Assembly (NCBI GenBank): GCA_008690995.1
Contig: VRMN01000011.1
Location: 62,001-126,000, forward strand
Direction: 5' to 3'
DNA: 64,000 bases
Source: Porphyridium purpureum
Taxonomy: Eukaryota
The notes beneath the pieces are model-generated. The model worked only from the letters and a program-made list of their open reading frames with translations, was not told the origin of the DNA and made no database searches. A program made the translations under genes and the position numbers. Shown piece by piece: positions 32,044 to 41,579 of the stretch; positions within the stretch are counted from its first letter, which is position 1, and each line of letters begins with the position of its first letter.

Positions 32044-33465
32044 ATGGCGTATGTGGTGGTGACGGCAGCGCCGCGTGGTGCGGAGCTAGGCGTGGTAGGG
32101 CGCGGGGGATTTGTATGTGCGCGCGGGACGCGCGCGGTCAGCGTGGCGTCGTGCTCGGCGAGGGTCGCGAGTGGGAATGCGCACGCGGTGGTCATGAAGG
32201 GCGGCAAGGCATCCAAAAAGGAGAAGAAGGGCGCTGGGACGCAGAGTTCAAGTGCGAATGGTAGCCCGCCGGCCACAGGGTTTGGGAAGACGAACTCGGC
32301 CGTCAAGCAGCAGAACAGCGGCAGCGGCGTGAATGGCGCGGCGGCGGCGGCGGCGGCGGACAAAGACATCGTGACCCGCGTGGGAGGTGACGCGTCCGAG
32401 GAAAGTAAGCCGGCGGGAGAGGAGCAGCAGGAGCACGAACTGCACGTGGATCGAGCGCCCTCCGAGCAAATTGAACATCCTTTGTACACGGCGCTGCAGC
32501 GCGCCGAAATGAAGCAAAAGGAAAATCCATTTCGGCTGCGCGAAATGAGCGCCGAGCGGTACGAGGAGCTCCAATTCAGTCCGGGCGTCAAGGTGTCCGA
32601 TATTGTCGCCAAGATGGAGGCGCTGTTCGTGGAGGAGGGCGAGGACGCGCTCATTGAGTGGCTCACGGCGAATCGCTGGGTCATTCGGTACCGAACGTCG
32701 GTCGCGTTAACGGTGGCTACTCGGAACGCGGAAGGATCCGATTCTGAACGCTCAGAGCGGCTGCAGAAAATACATGCGCTGTGTGTCGAGGTCAGGGTCG
32801 CGTACGACCGCCCGTTTGCGCGTGCGGTCAAGGACTGTGAGAAGGTGGTCAAGGAAGCAGTCGAGCATCCGGGAGATATTGCAAAGAAGATTGAAAAGTA
32901 TCTGACCGGAAAGAGCCGGATCGAGTTGAACGCCATGTGGACCGTACTGTATTCAGCTCTGGCCGCGTGGAACGATATTGCGGCCAGGCTTGGTCAGGAT
33001 GTTGTACGGCGCGATATGGTGGATGCGCTACGAGAAGCGGCAGGTGTGTTTGATTCTAGCACGCCTTTCAACGATGCCTTGGCACCCGAATGTGTGTTGC
33101 TGCAAGAAATTCTCAATGCGACAAGCAAAGAATCACGTCAGTCGCTGCTGACGAGCGTCACAGACGACACCATGCGCAACATGTTCTTGCTGCTGGCACA
33201 GCTTGAAAGGTTTCCGTTTCGTTCGTACGGCGGAATGACCAACAGCATTGTTCAAATCGTGGAAGCGCTGATGAAGAGAAAGTATGGTGTTGTCGAGTCT
33301 CTCGCAGAGATCTCGCAGTTTGATCAAAGCCAAAGCGTGATTGTTCCCGACTCGGAAAAGTCTATGATGGCATTGTTTTCCCGTGATATGTCTGCAGATG
33401 ATGCAATTCGCCTTGGCGCGAAGATTCGGGCCGCCCAGGCCAAGAACAAGAGCATGACTCAATAA
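32044..33465 (+). CDS. Hypothetical helical protein, probably plastid-targeted
   Basis: 473-aa ORF with aagATGg start, transit-peptide-like N-terminus (MAYVV..., VVM), and KK...GFG motif. Confidence 0.7.
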   Translation: MAYVVVTAAPRGAELGVVGRGGFVCARGTRAVSVASCSARVASGNAHAVVMKGGKASKKEKKGAGTQSSSANGSPPATGFGKTNSAVKQQNSGSGVNGAAAAAAADKDIVTRVGGDASEESKPAGEEQQEHELHVDRAPSEQIEHPLYTALQRAEMKQKENPFRLREMSAERYEELQFSPGVKVSDIVAKMEALFVEEGEDALIEWLTANRWVIRYRTSVALTVATRNAEGSDSERSERLQKIHALCVEVRVAYDRPFARAVKDCEKVVKEAVEHPGDIAKKIEKYLTGKSRIELNAMWTVLYSALAAWNDIAARLGQDVVRRDMVDALREAAGVFDSSTPFNDALAPECVLLQEILNATSKESRQSLLTSVTDDTMRNMFLLLAQLERFPFRSYGGMTNSIVQIVEALMKRKYGVVESLAEISQFDQSQSVIVPDSEKSMMALFSRDMSADDAIRLGAKIRAAQAKNKSMTQ

Positions 33466-33564
33466 CTAAAGACTGTGTTGGTGGGGAAAATGATGGTTTA
33501 TCGATTCGTGTTGAATCGCATTCCTTTTGCACGTACGATTCAGCGGCACCGCTAGGCGCCACAC

Positions 33565-34035
33565 TTAGATCGCAAAGAGATGTCCAAACTCGCGGAAGGC
33601 GATCACGCTCGCGGTGAAGAGCGCAATGTTGAGCAGGAGCTTCTTGTTAGCCTGCATGAAGGCAAAAGTAGACAAGCGACATCGCACCAAAGAAAGATAC
33701 CAAGAGAGAGACAGAGACAGAGTGAATAACGAAAAGAAACGCATTGCAAAGTTGAAGCCGATGCGTTTCCAAAACAAGTGACCGAGACAAGAACAAAGTG
33801 GAAGATGACACTCAAACCGCAATGTTAGCATACCGACCCAAACTCTCATCTACACGCACCGATACACATGAAACTTGACCATGCACCATGCCACGCCATC
33901 GGAGCTGACCGGCGCAACAAGACACCTCGGGCTTCGCCTGCGTGGAATCGATCAAGAACGTACCTCTCGCAGTGGCTCAATGCCATACTCTCTGTCCCAG
34001 ATCTCTCGGACGGCCCCGGAAGCCGCGTTCCCCAT
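33565..34035 (-). CDS. TOM5: Mitochondrial import receptor subunit TOM5, two exons (34035-33964, 33651-33565)
   Basis: Spliced product MGNAASGAVREIWDREYGIEPLRE/ANKKLLLNIALFTASVIAFREFGHLFAI (52 aa) fits the plant TOM5 pattern W..E...N.KLL....F......R..G.L. Phase-0 GTACGT...TGCAG intron. Confidence 0.75.
33652..33963 (-). other. 312-nt spliceosomal intron
   Basis: Donor GAG|GTACGT, branch-like TGCTAAC at 33830-33824, long pyrimidine-rich tract, acceptor TGCAG|G. Confidence 0.75.
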
Positions 34036-36860
34036 CGTGTCTGGCGTGCGTGGTCCTCCGGATTCTTCGAGCTCACGGATGTATCTCTCTATACGAGTCG
34101 CCGCGACCTTTCAATCCCGTCTTCACGTGTCTCGCCCGCGCGCCACCCCGCGTTGCAGCCCCAAAGTCGGTCGCCGTGCCGCTCACACTGGACTGTACTT
34201 CTCGCTGTACTAAACGGTTCTTGGAGTCTTTGATGTGCTTCAGCGCGACAAAGCACGGACGCAGATGCCGGTGCAGCGTGAGCAGCCGTAGAAGAAGAGC
34301 AGCTGAGCTTGAGGACAGTTCCCTACCCTTGCCTTTGAAGCAGCAACCCGTCGAAAAGGTAGACTTCAATGTGAAGCTCAAGCTGTCTGCCGGTGCCGGC
34401 TAATGAAGTCCGCGAAAAGAGGCCAGAACACATTTCCAGAGGCAGTCAGCCTGTGAATTAGGCGCTGGGTCTTGTAGGTGCGCGCCAAGAACGATGATTT
34501 TCGTTGGTTTGAGAGCATTTACGTGTGATGCTTGTGGCCTCTGTTTGAAGAGCAGAGATGGGACGCAGAAGCACGAAGAACTGACATCCTTTTGCCCTCC
34601 AGTTTTTCGAGTTTTCCAGCACGCGGCGCATCAATCAACATCATGGGTTTACCAGACATCCGCCAGGCGCGTCCTGCTATTTACGGGGTTTGTCGGTCCA
34701 AAGAAGCTAGCACGTATACTCAGGTTTAGAGATTCCTTCTCAGCACCCGTGGTATGCCATCTTCTCGTGTTAGACGATCGACATTCTCGCAAGCAAGCCG
34801 AGGTAAACGAGACTTACCGATTCGATGGCTTTGCAAGGCCATGTCAATGCACAAGGGCGGCATCCATGCGTGAGATAGCTGATATTGGTTCCTTTGAAAA
34901 AGGAGTGACTTTTTGGCAAAACCTGTGCTCTGACTGTAAACCTTGATGAAAGGTTTCGGTACTGTCAAGCAAGTATGGCAAGGAAGACTGACTGGGGAAC
35001 AGGGCAGGAGTCGTGTCTGTTTTATAAGAAAATGTCTTTGCCACCCTTGCCAGTAAGAGTGAAAATTGAGAGCCCGAGGCCAGGCCTCATGGCAAAGTCA
35101 ATGATGAAGCTGTTTATCAAATGCACGCTCGTTTGACTCGTGCTCACCAAAAGCTTGAATCCTGCCTAGATGGACCTTCTTCTGGAGGACCTTTGATCGT
35201 TATTGGAAGTGGTAGGTACGTGTATGTTCATTTCGTGTGCAGGGAGCGCCCAGTGATGAAGCGTTGCGCTGCTGCTACCGCTGAAGAATTCACCCGCGAA
35301 CGGGCTGGTAGCGGTAAAGAACTTTGTACGGCAGAAATACTGGCCTCTTTTTCTTTCTTACCAATCTTTTTCTTTTCATCTAAGTACATCCATGTGCGAC
35401 CGGCTGAGCCGTACCACCACCGGCATCGTTGCCTGCGCACCAGCGCTGTTCTGTGCAGCGTTCTTGACCAATCTCGAGCTGCGCCATCACCAGACCACGT
35501 CATCAGCAACGCGTGTTTCACGCAACTCATTCGCGTCCTATCTTACTGGGATGTGCCATCGCGATCGAGTTTTCGAGTCCATGCGCATCGATGCGCTCCC
35601 CAATTCACCAACACGCTGTTGGCTGCATCGCAGCACAGCGGTTATCCTCAGGCGCACCACAGAAATCTGGGCACTTGAACACCGAAACGCCCGCGATTTT
35701 TGGAATCAAATGCGGTGCGAGAGAATCGGTCGTTTCGATAGTACTCGTTCCAAGTACAGTTTTTGAGGAACAATGACTGCCGCGAGAACGCGACTCGCTG
35801 GTGACCGGGTGTCGACTGCAGCCGCTTGGCAATGCGAATGGCGTGTGAGTGTGCGAGAGCGAGAAACGCACCCGCACTGGTGATGCTCGGCGTCGATACA
35901 GGAGAAATCCTTTTGGAAGAAATCCACCGGAGAGCTCGCGTCCATCCATCGTGCGCGTTTCCAGGCTCCGTATAGGTCCGCCAGGTCCGCCAGGTTACAG
36001 AGTTCGTGAGTACATTTGTGTGATGACCATGGTAGAGCATTCCTAGATGGTTTCCGGCTTGACATCAGGCGTGAAATGCCGCGCGCCTGTTCTAGAGATA
36101 GTAATGCAGGTACTTCCCATTCCTCGGTGCAAATTGTCTGTACTCTGTCAACCGCGCGTGATGGCCACTTGCGACACCCATGGAGTTGGCGTGCACAGTG
36201 TGCGAAAAGGTGAAAGTCGTGCTTCCCGGACTAGTGGCCGGGTGGGGCAAGCTTGCACTGGCTTTGAAGTTCTGTTCAGGCCCGGAAGAAACGACATTGT
36301 GGTGAATTTTAGCAACGAATCCTACACCCCGTTAACGGCACCCGAAAGCTGCTGCGTCAATGCATTGGAAGGGGTTTTAGGCAAAAAGCAAGCCATGACA
36401 GATCATGCCAACTCGAAACATGCCATGCATGTTATGCACGGCCAATAAAGCATTGGCTCTATGTGTCAGTTGGCATCGTATTTCTTGGCACCTGCCGTTT
36501 CTATTTCTTCCGGTTTCTAGAGCATCGATGTTGACCTCTGAATTCCGTCTGCGTGTCGCGTCACGATGGTCATATCTTCTCACGTGGAATCATACTCTGG
36601 TCCTTGTCCGTCTTCGATACCAGGGCGCGGGGAGCCGTCTCGTCCCGCGCCCGATGCATTTCGTAGCCAACATTGACATCTTGACAAAAAAGCAAGCGCC
36701 CTCTCGACAAATTGCCATCTGCCCCGGAAAACTGGATGTACTTCGGTCTCTCACTCGCCGACGACGGGTTTGCTCTAGTGATGTCTGAAGATCAGTGAGC
36801 CTTCCGTCTCTGCTTCTTTCTCTGAGTTTAGTATATCACATGCACGTATTATGCTCTATC

Positions 36861-37649
36861 TCATCCGAAATACGAACGCATGATGAGTTGCGTGAGGTTG
36901 ACGCGGAACATGGTTAGTAGAACAAACGCGACGACAATGGCGGCGACGGGGTACAGAAATACAAGCGTGTGTTGTAGGAATGGTAGCACGTCAAACCCGA
37001 GAAACGTGATGTAGCAATAGTAGGACAGCGCGAGCGCGTACAGCAGGTTGGACATCAGCACGCACACTCGGTTGTCATGTAAAAGCACGAGAAGCAGCAT
37101 GTACTGAAGGACGTATAGAAGCATGAACAGCGGGAAGAACGAGTTACAGTGCACGTCAAAGGCGTACATCCACTCGACACGCTGGTCGTTCGCCATGCCA
37201 CTCATTGCATCAACCCGCAAGTATGTGTTACTGACCCACCATGTGAGCGAGGAGATCAACACACCCATAAGCAGGAAATCGACGCAGATTGCGTACAGCG
37301 CGCCTTTCAGGAAGCCCATTCCGCCGTTATGGAACGCCACTGTGTATGCGAGTGCGGAAATGCCCATGAACACCGTCAGCACGGTCACAAACGCGGGGTC
37401 ATCGCGCGCCCACTGATTCTTTGTCTGCTTGTGATATTTTGTTGTGCGGTACACGCGTGACGGTCCAATACATAAATACAGCATCTGCCAAAACGTGTAG
37501 TCGAGATCCATCTGCGGCACATTCATCGCTCGTTTCGCGTACTCTGACGCGCCGCTCAGAAACACGCCCAGACCAGACCCCGCGCCCCCACCCTTATTTG
37601 TTGCTGGGCCTCCCAGCGGAAGATTGTTCCCCGCAGATGCCATCCTCAT
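36861..37649 (-). CDS. UNC50: UNC-50/GMH1 family membrane protein
   Basis: QMDLDYTFWQM, YHKQTKNQWARDDPAF, VEWMYAFDVHCNSFFP, YITFLG..LPFL. Confidence 0.95.
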   Translation of the reverse strand: MRMASAGNNLPLGGPATNKGGGAGSGLGVFLSGASEYAKRAMNVPQMDLDYTFWQMLYLCIGPSRVYRTTKYHKQTKNQWARDDPAFVTVLTVFMGISALAYTVAFHNGGMGFLKGALYAICVDFLLMGVLISSLTWWVSNTYLRVDAMSGMANDQRVEWMYAFDVHCNSFFPLFMLLYVLQYMLLLVLLHDNRVCVLMSNLLYALALSYYCYITFLGFDVLPFLQHTLVFLYPVAAIVVAFVLLTMFRVNLTQLIMRSYFG

Positions 37650-37986
37650 GTATAAACCCGCCGCGTCCACAACGCGTCGAGCCTTCTTCTCACGCAGCTT
37701 GCCTGCCGCTTCTCTCTCAATCCCGCTTCCGCCGACACAGAACGTCCAAAAGCTAAAAAAAAGTCTATCCCAAACTGTACTTTGACTGTACTTGAATGAG
37801 GTACACTACTGTACTTCTTCTTCAGTGTGACGGCGCGCGCGCGAACGGTGAGGCGCGAAAATCGGAAGGGTTGTGTCAACTGGGACGCGAGGGTGGCCAC
37901 CTGAGCAGTTCTGGGGGGAAAGCAGCAGAGGTTGATGGACGGAGCGGGAACGAGAGAGAGAGAGAGAGAGAAAGAGAGACAAAGGA

Positions 37987-38652
37987 ATGGAGGCATTGAA
38001 GCATAGTATTCAGGCCTGGGAGCGCAGTTTTGCGTCGAGCCACGGTGGGCGGCAGCCAGTGCGGGAGGATGTGACGCGCGCGGGGGCATGTGTGCTGGCG
38101 CTGTATCAAGAGTACGCGCAGTTGCTGGGCGCCGCCGGCATCAAGCAGGCTGAGCAGCGCAAGCACGCGCAAAAGGATGACGACTTGGGTGTCGCCGCAA
38201 GCAGGACTGCGCACCTCGCGACGGATGTGCCGCCTATTAAGCGGCGTGCCGTCGCCCGACAAAAGATTGGGAGACAAGCGGAATTCGTTTCGGAGGCCGA
38301 AGCGGAGCATTCGGAGTATTTGCACATCAGAGACTTTACTTATCCCGAGCCGAAGTCAAAACGTGCAGGAGTAGGCTCTTTCGCACAGTTTGGCATCCTT
38401 TCAGAGGGTGAGACAGATCAAGATGCTGGCAAAGAAAATACAGGAGCGCCTGTTCAGGCGCCTTCCGCAACGCATACAGAACCAGAAAGTGATACAGGGC
38501 AAGAGGCACAAGTGTCTAGATATCCAGTGCATACAAAAGGCAGGAAAAAGCGGCGTCAAATGACAGCTCGCCCTCGAGACGCCATGCCCGGCTTTCGCAA
38601 ACGCGGTATGGCTGCCGCGGTGTCGAAACGCTCCACATGGAAAAGGAGGTAG
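37987..38652 (+). CDS. Hypothetical basic protein
   Basis: 221-aa ATG ORF after a GA-rich leader; basic C-terminus (KGRKKRR, KRSTWKRR). Confidence 0.55.
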   Translation: MEALKHSIQAWERSFASSHGGRQPVREDVTRAGACVLALYQEYAQLLGAAGIKQAEQRKHAQKDDDLGVAASRTAHLATDVPPIKRRAVARQKIGRQAEFVSEAEAEHSEYLHIRDFTYPEPKSKRAGVGSFAQFGILSEGETDQDAGKENTGAPVQAPSATHTEPESDTGQEAQVSRYPVHTKGRKKRRQMTARPRDAMPGFRKRGMAAAVSKRSTWKRR

Positions 38653-38840
38653 TGCTTCTGCGTCCAATTTTTTTTCCTCTTCATATCTAACATCTGCTCA
38701 GACTCGGGAACGCTTGAGCACTTTGCTAAAGTCCCTATCGGTCGCAGCTCGTAACGCCGCCTCCGTCGCTGTGTGACTCATTCTGAGCAGCAAGAGATCG
38801 AATAAAGATATCAAAAAAAGGTCCGCGAAGGGTAAGAGCG

Positions 38841-39776
38841 TCACGCGGTGTCGGCATTCTTGTATTTAACCAGCGCGGGGTCTATTTCAAATCCGAGCTC
38901 CGAGAACGCTCGTTTTCGAATGAGGCACGGGTCACAGTGCTCACACGGGCGTCCTGATTCCTGGTCCGGGTCGTAGCAAGAGTGAGTAATCGAAAAGTCC
39001 ACATCGTACGTGATGCCCGCTCGAATGATGTCAGCTTTTGCCAAGTTCATGATTGGCGTGTGAACGCGGAGCTCATCGCCCTCGATGCCAGCGCGTGTCC
39101 CAAGGCGCGCCATTTTTGTGAAGGCGTCAAAGAATTGTTGTCGGCAGTCCGGGTATCCGCTGTAGTCCACCACGTTCGTGCCAATGAAGATATCGTTACT
39201 GCCAATTGTCTCAGCGTACGCCAATGCGTAGCTCAAGAAAATGATGTTGCGCGCAGGGACGTACGTCCGAGGAATCTCGGATGCGAGCACCGCCTCGTCG
39301 CGGTCTTTGGGCACATCCAACGTGTCACTCGTCAGCGCCGAGCCACCGAACGCGCGCAAGTCAATCTTAATCACTCGATGGTCCTTGACGCCTATCGACT
39401 TGGCCACTTTTTCCGCAGCAACCAGCTCATATTTGTGCCGCTGACCGTAGTCAAATCCGAGCGAGTAGCAATCAAACCCGCTCTTCCGCTTGGCCAGCGC
39501 TAGCGTCGTGGCACTATCCAGACCCCCCGACAACAGCACCACTGCCTTTTTGTGCTCTCGGTACCACGACTTGCCTGATGTCGGCGTCGACGACGAGCCA
39601 ACACTACCACTCGCGTGGCGTCGGGCAAGATTGACCACGCACACTCCCACCGAATCATTTACCCATTCTGTTCGCAACCCACGACCTCCCGCCACAGAAT
39701 CGCCCCTGCCCCACTGCCGGCCTTTAAAGGCGACGCCCAAGGACCTCCCCACCACTCGCATTCTCTCGCTAACCAT
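38841..39776 (-). CDS. queC: 7-cyano-7-deazaguanine (preQ0) synthase with organellar-type presequence
   Basis: VVLLSGGLDS PP-loop, FDYGQRH, TYVPARN, DYSGYPDCR, THSCY...CEHCDPC zinc site. First ATG at 39776; Arg-rich extension ending LARRHAS. Confidence 0.93.
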   Translation of the reverse strand: MVSERMRVVGRSLGVAFKGRQWGRGDSVAGGRGLRTEWVNDSVGVCVVNLARRHASGSVGSSSTPTSGKSWYREHKKAVVLLSGGLDSATTLALAKRKSGFDCYSLGFDYGQRHKYELVAAEKVAKSIGVKDHRVIKIDLRAFGGSALTSDTLDVPKDRDEAVLASEIPRTYVPARNIIFLSYALAYAETIGSNDIFIGTNVVDYSGYPDCRQQFFDAFTKMARLGTRAGIEGDELRVHTPIMNLAKADIIRAGITYDVDFSITHSCYDPDQESGRPCEHCDPCLIRKRAFSELGFEIDPALVKYKNADTA

Positions 39777-39904
39777 CAAGGCCCTTCTTACTCGAGCCTC
39801 CCACCCCAGCACCTGTCGCTTCGACGTGAATCCGCGTCCACGGGACGAGAAGCAACTGGACGAGGTGGGGGGGAAAAGGACTGGACGATGCTGGAGCGCG
39901 AACG

Positions 39905-41548
39905 ATGGTTACCGTCGTGGAGTTGAGGGAGCTAGTGCGGTCACTGAAGGAGTATGACGCGCGCGGCGAATTTGAGTGCGCGGGGCTGAGCCAAGAGCGA
40001 GCGGTGGAGCTCTGGAAAGTCGCACGCGCACGCTGCGCGTCCGAGCCCAACGTGGTGCATGTGCACGACAAGCCTCGCGTGTTGGTGGTTGGCGATCTGC
40101 ATGGACAGCTGCACGAACTACTGCAGGTGTTTGAGGACCAGTTGGATGCTGTGCTGGAGGAATGCGAAGCCGCAGATGATCCAGACCATGCACTGCCGTT
40201 GAATATAGTATTCCTCGGTGATTACGTAGACCGCGGCCCGGCGTCAATTGAAGTGCTAGCCCTCGTTTCGTGCCTCAAAGCCACGTTTCCTACCTCTGTT
40301 ACACTGTTGCGGGGCAATCATGAGACTCGAGGCATGATTGCCAAAACGTACAAGGAAGGCTTATCGTTCGGACAGGAAATCGTGCTGAAGTTTGGTGAGG
40401 CGGCTGCCGGACAAGTGGTGGAAGCGGCTGGCGAGCTGTTCGATGCATTCAGTCTGTGCGCAATCGTCGCGCCGAATACACGGCCCAGGCTGCGCTTCAT
40501 GTGCTGCCACGGCGGGATCTCTCATAAAATCAAGGGCCTTGACACATTGGCCGAGCTTGACCGCTTCAGCGAACCGCCGCTAACAGGCGCGTTTTGCGAT
40601 GTGCTGTGGTCAGATCCCATTGATGACACAGAGGCAAAGACATACAAAGACGCGCAGTGGGAGGAGTTCCTGGAAATCGACTTTCTGCCCAACCCCGTGC
40701 GCGGCTGCAGCTACTTCTATGGCTACGATCTGGTCAAGAGGTTTTTGGAAAAGCACGAGCTCGTTGGCATCATTCGTGGCCACCAAGTACCGCCCAAGGG
40801 ATACAGGGAGTACTACAAAGATCTACGCACGAGAGAGCTGGATTTCGCGCCATGTGTAACGCTATTTTCTGCGTCGAATTACTGTGGCACATATGGCAAT
40901 ATCGGTGCGGTGATGTGGATCTCAGAGCATGGCACTGCTGTGGAGGCTATTGGCGGCGCAGAGAAGGTAGAGGCTGTGGTGGATGAGAGCGAGTTCCGTA
41001 TGGCAGAAAAGAAGGACGCCACGAATGAGCGTCACCCAGGGTGGAATACGTTGCGCCGCTTGATTGATATCAAGCAGCGGCTTGGCACCCTTCATAAGAT
41101 TACCTTTCAGGAGATCCAGCGCCAGTCCTCGCTCCCCCAAAAAGGCGCTCCGCGGACTGTCGCGCTTCTCAAGGCAGACGCGCTAGCGTCCTCCGGCGAC
41201 GATATTTTGTCGCCATCCATGTCCAAAGTTCACAGTGCGCTGAGCGAGTCCTTCCAAGAGGGCGATGATAAGGAAATCCAGGCACTTTTCAGAAGCCTGG
41301 ATAAGGATAACAATGGATCATTATCGCTCGAGGAGCTCGTCCAATTTATACAGAGTGTACAGCAATACGACGAAGAGGTAGGTTGCGCGGATCGCGAGCA
41401 GCAGCATCAGATTACGCGAGACGACGCAGCGGTGATGATGTCAAGGATGGATACGAATAAGGACGGCCAGGTGGATATCGACGAATTTATTGCATACATT
41501 GGCGAGTTTGTAGTACTGCGACCTGAGCAGCCAACGTCAGTGTCATAG
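39905..41548 (+). CDS. PPP-family Ser/Thr phosphatase, calcineurin-A-like, with two C-terminal EF-hands
   Basis: GDLHGQ, GDYVDRG, RGNHE, HGG, DRFSEPP..G.FCDVLWSDP, VRGCSYFYGY, RGHQ, FSASNY; EF loops DKDNNGSLSLEE and DTNKDGQVDIDE. Confidence 0.9.
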   Translation: MVTVVELRELVRSLKEYDARGEFECAGLSQERAVELWKVARARCASEPNVVHVHDKPRVLVVGDLHGQLHELLQVFEDQLDAVLEECEAADDPDHALPLNIVFLGDYVDRGPASIEVLALVSCLKATFPTSVTLLRGNHETRGMIAKTYKEGLSFGQEIVLKFGEAAAGQVVEAAGELFDAFSLCAIVAPNTRPRLRFMCCHGGISHKIKGLDTLAELDRFSEPPLTGAFCDVLWSDPIDDTEAKTYKDAQWEEFLEIDFLPNPVRGCSYFYGYDLVKRFLEKHELVGIIRGHQVPPKGYREYYKDLRTRELDFAPCVTLFSASNYCGTYGNIGAVMWISEHGTAVEAIGGAEKVEAVVDESEFRMAEKKDATNERHPGWNTLRRLIDIKQRLGTLHKITFQEIQRQSSLPQKGAPRTVALLKADALASSGDDILSPSMSKVHSALSESFQEGDDKEIQALFRSLDKDNNGSLSLEELVQFIQSVQQYDEEVGCADREQQHQITRDDAAVMMSRMDTNKDGQVDIDEFIAYIGEFVVLRPEQPTSVS

Positions 41549-41579
41549 AGGGAGCAGTGAGCTTTCTAGCCAACCACTA

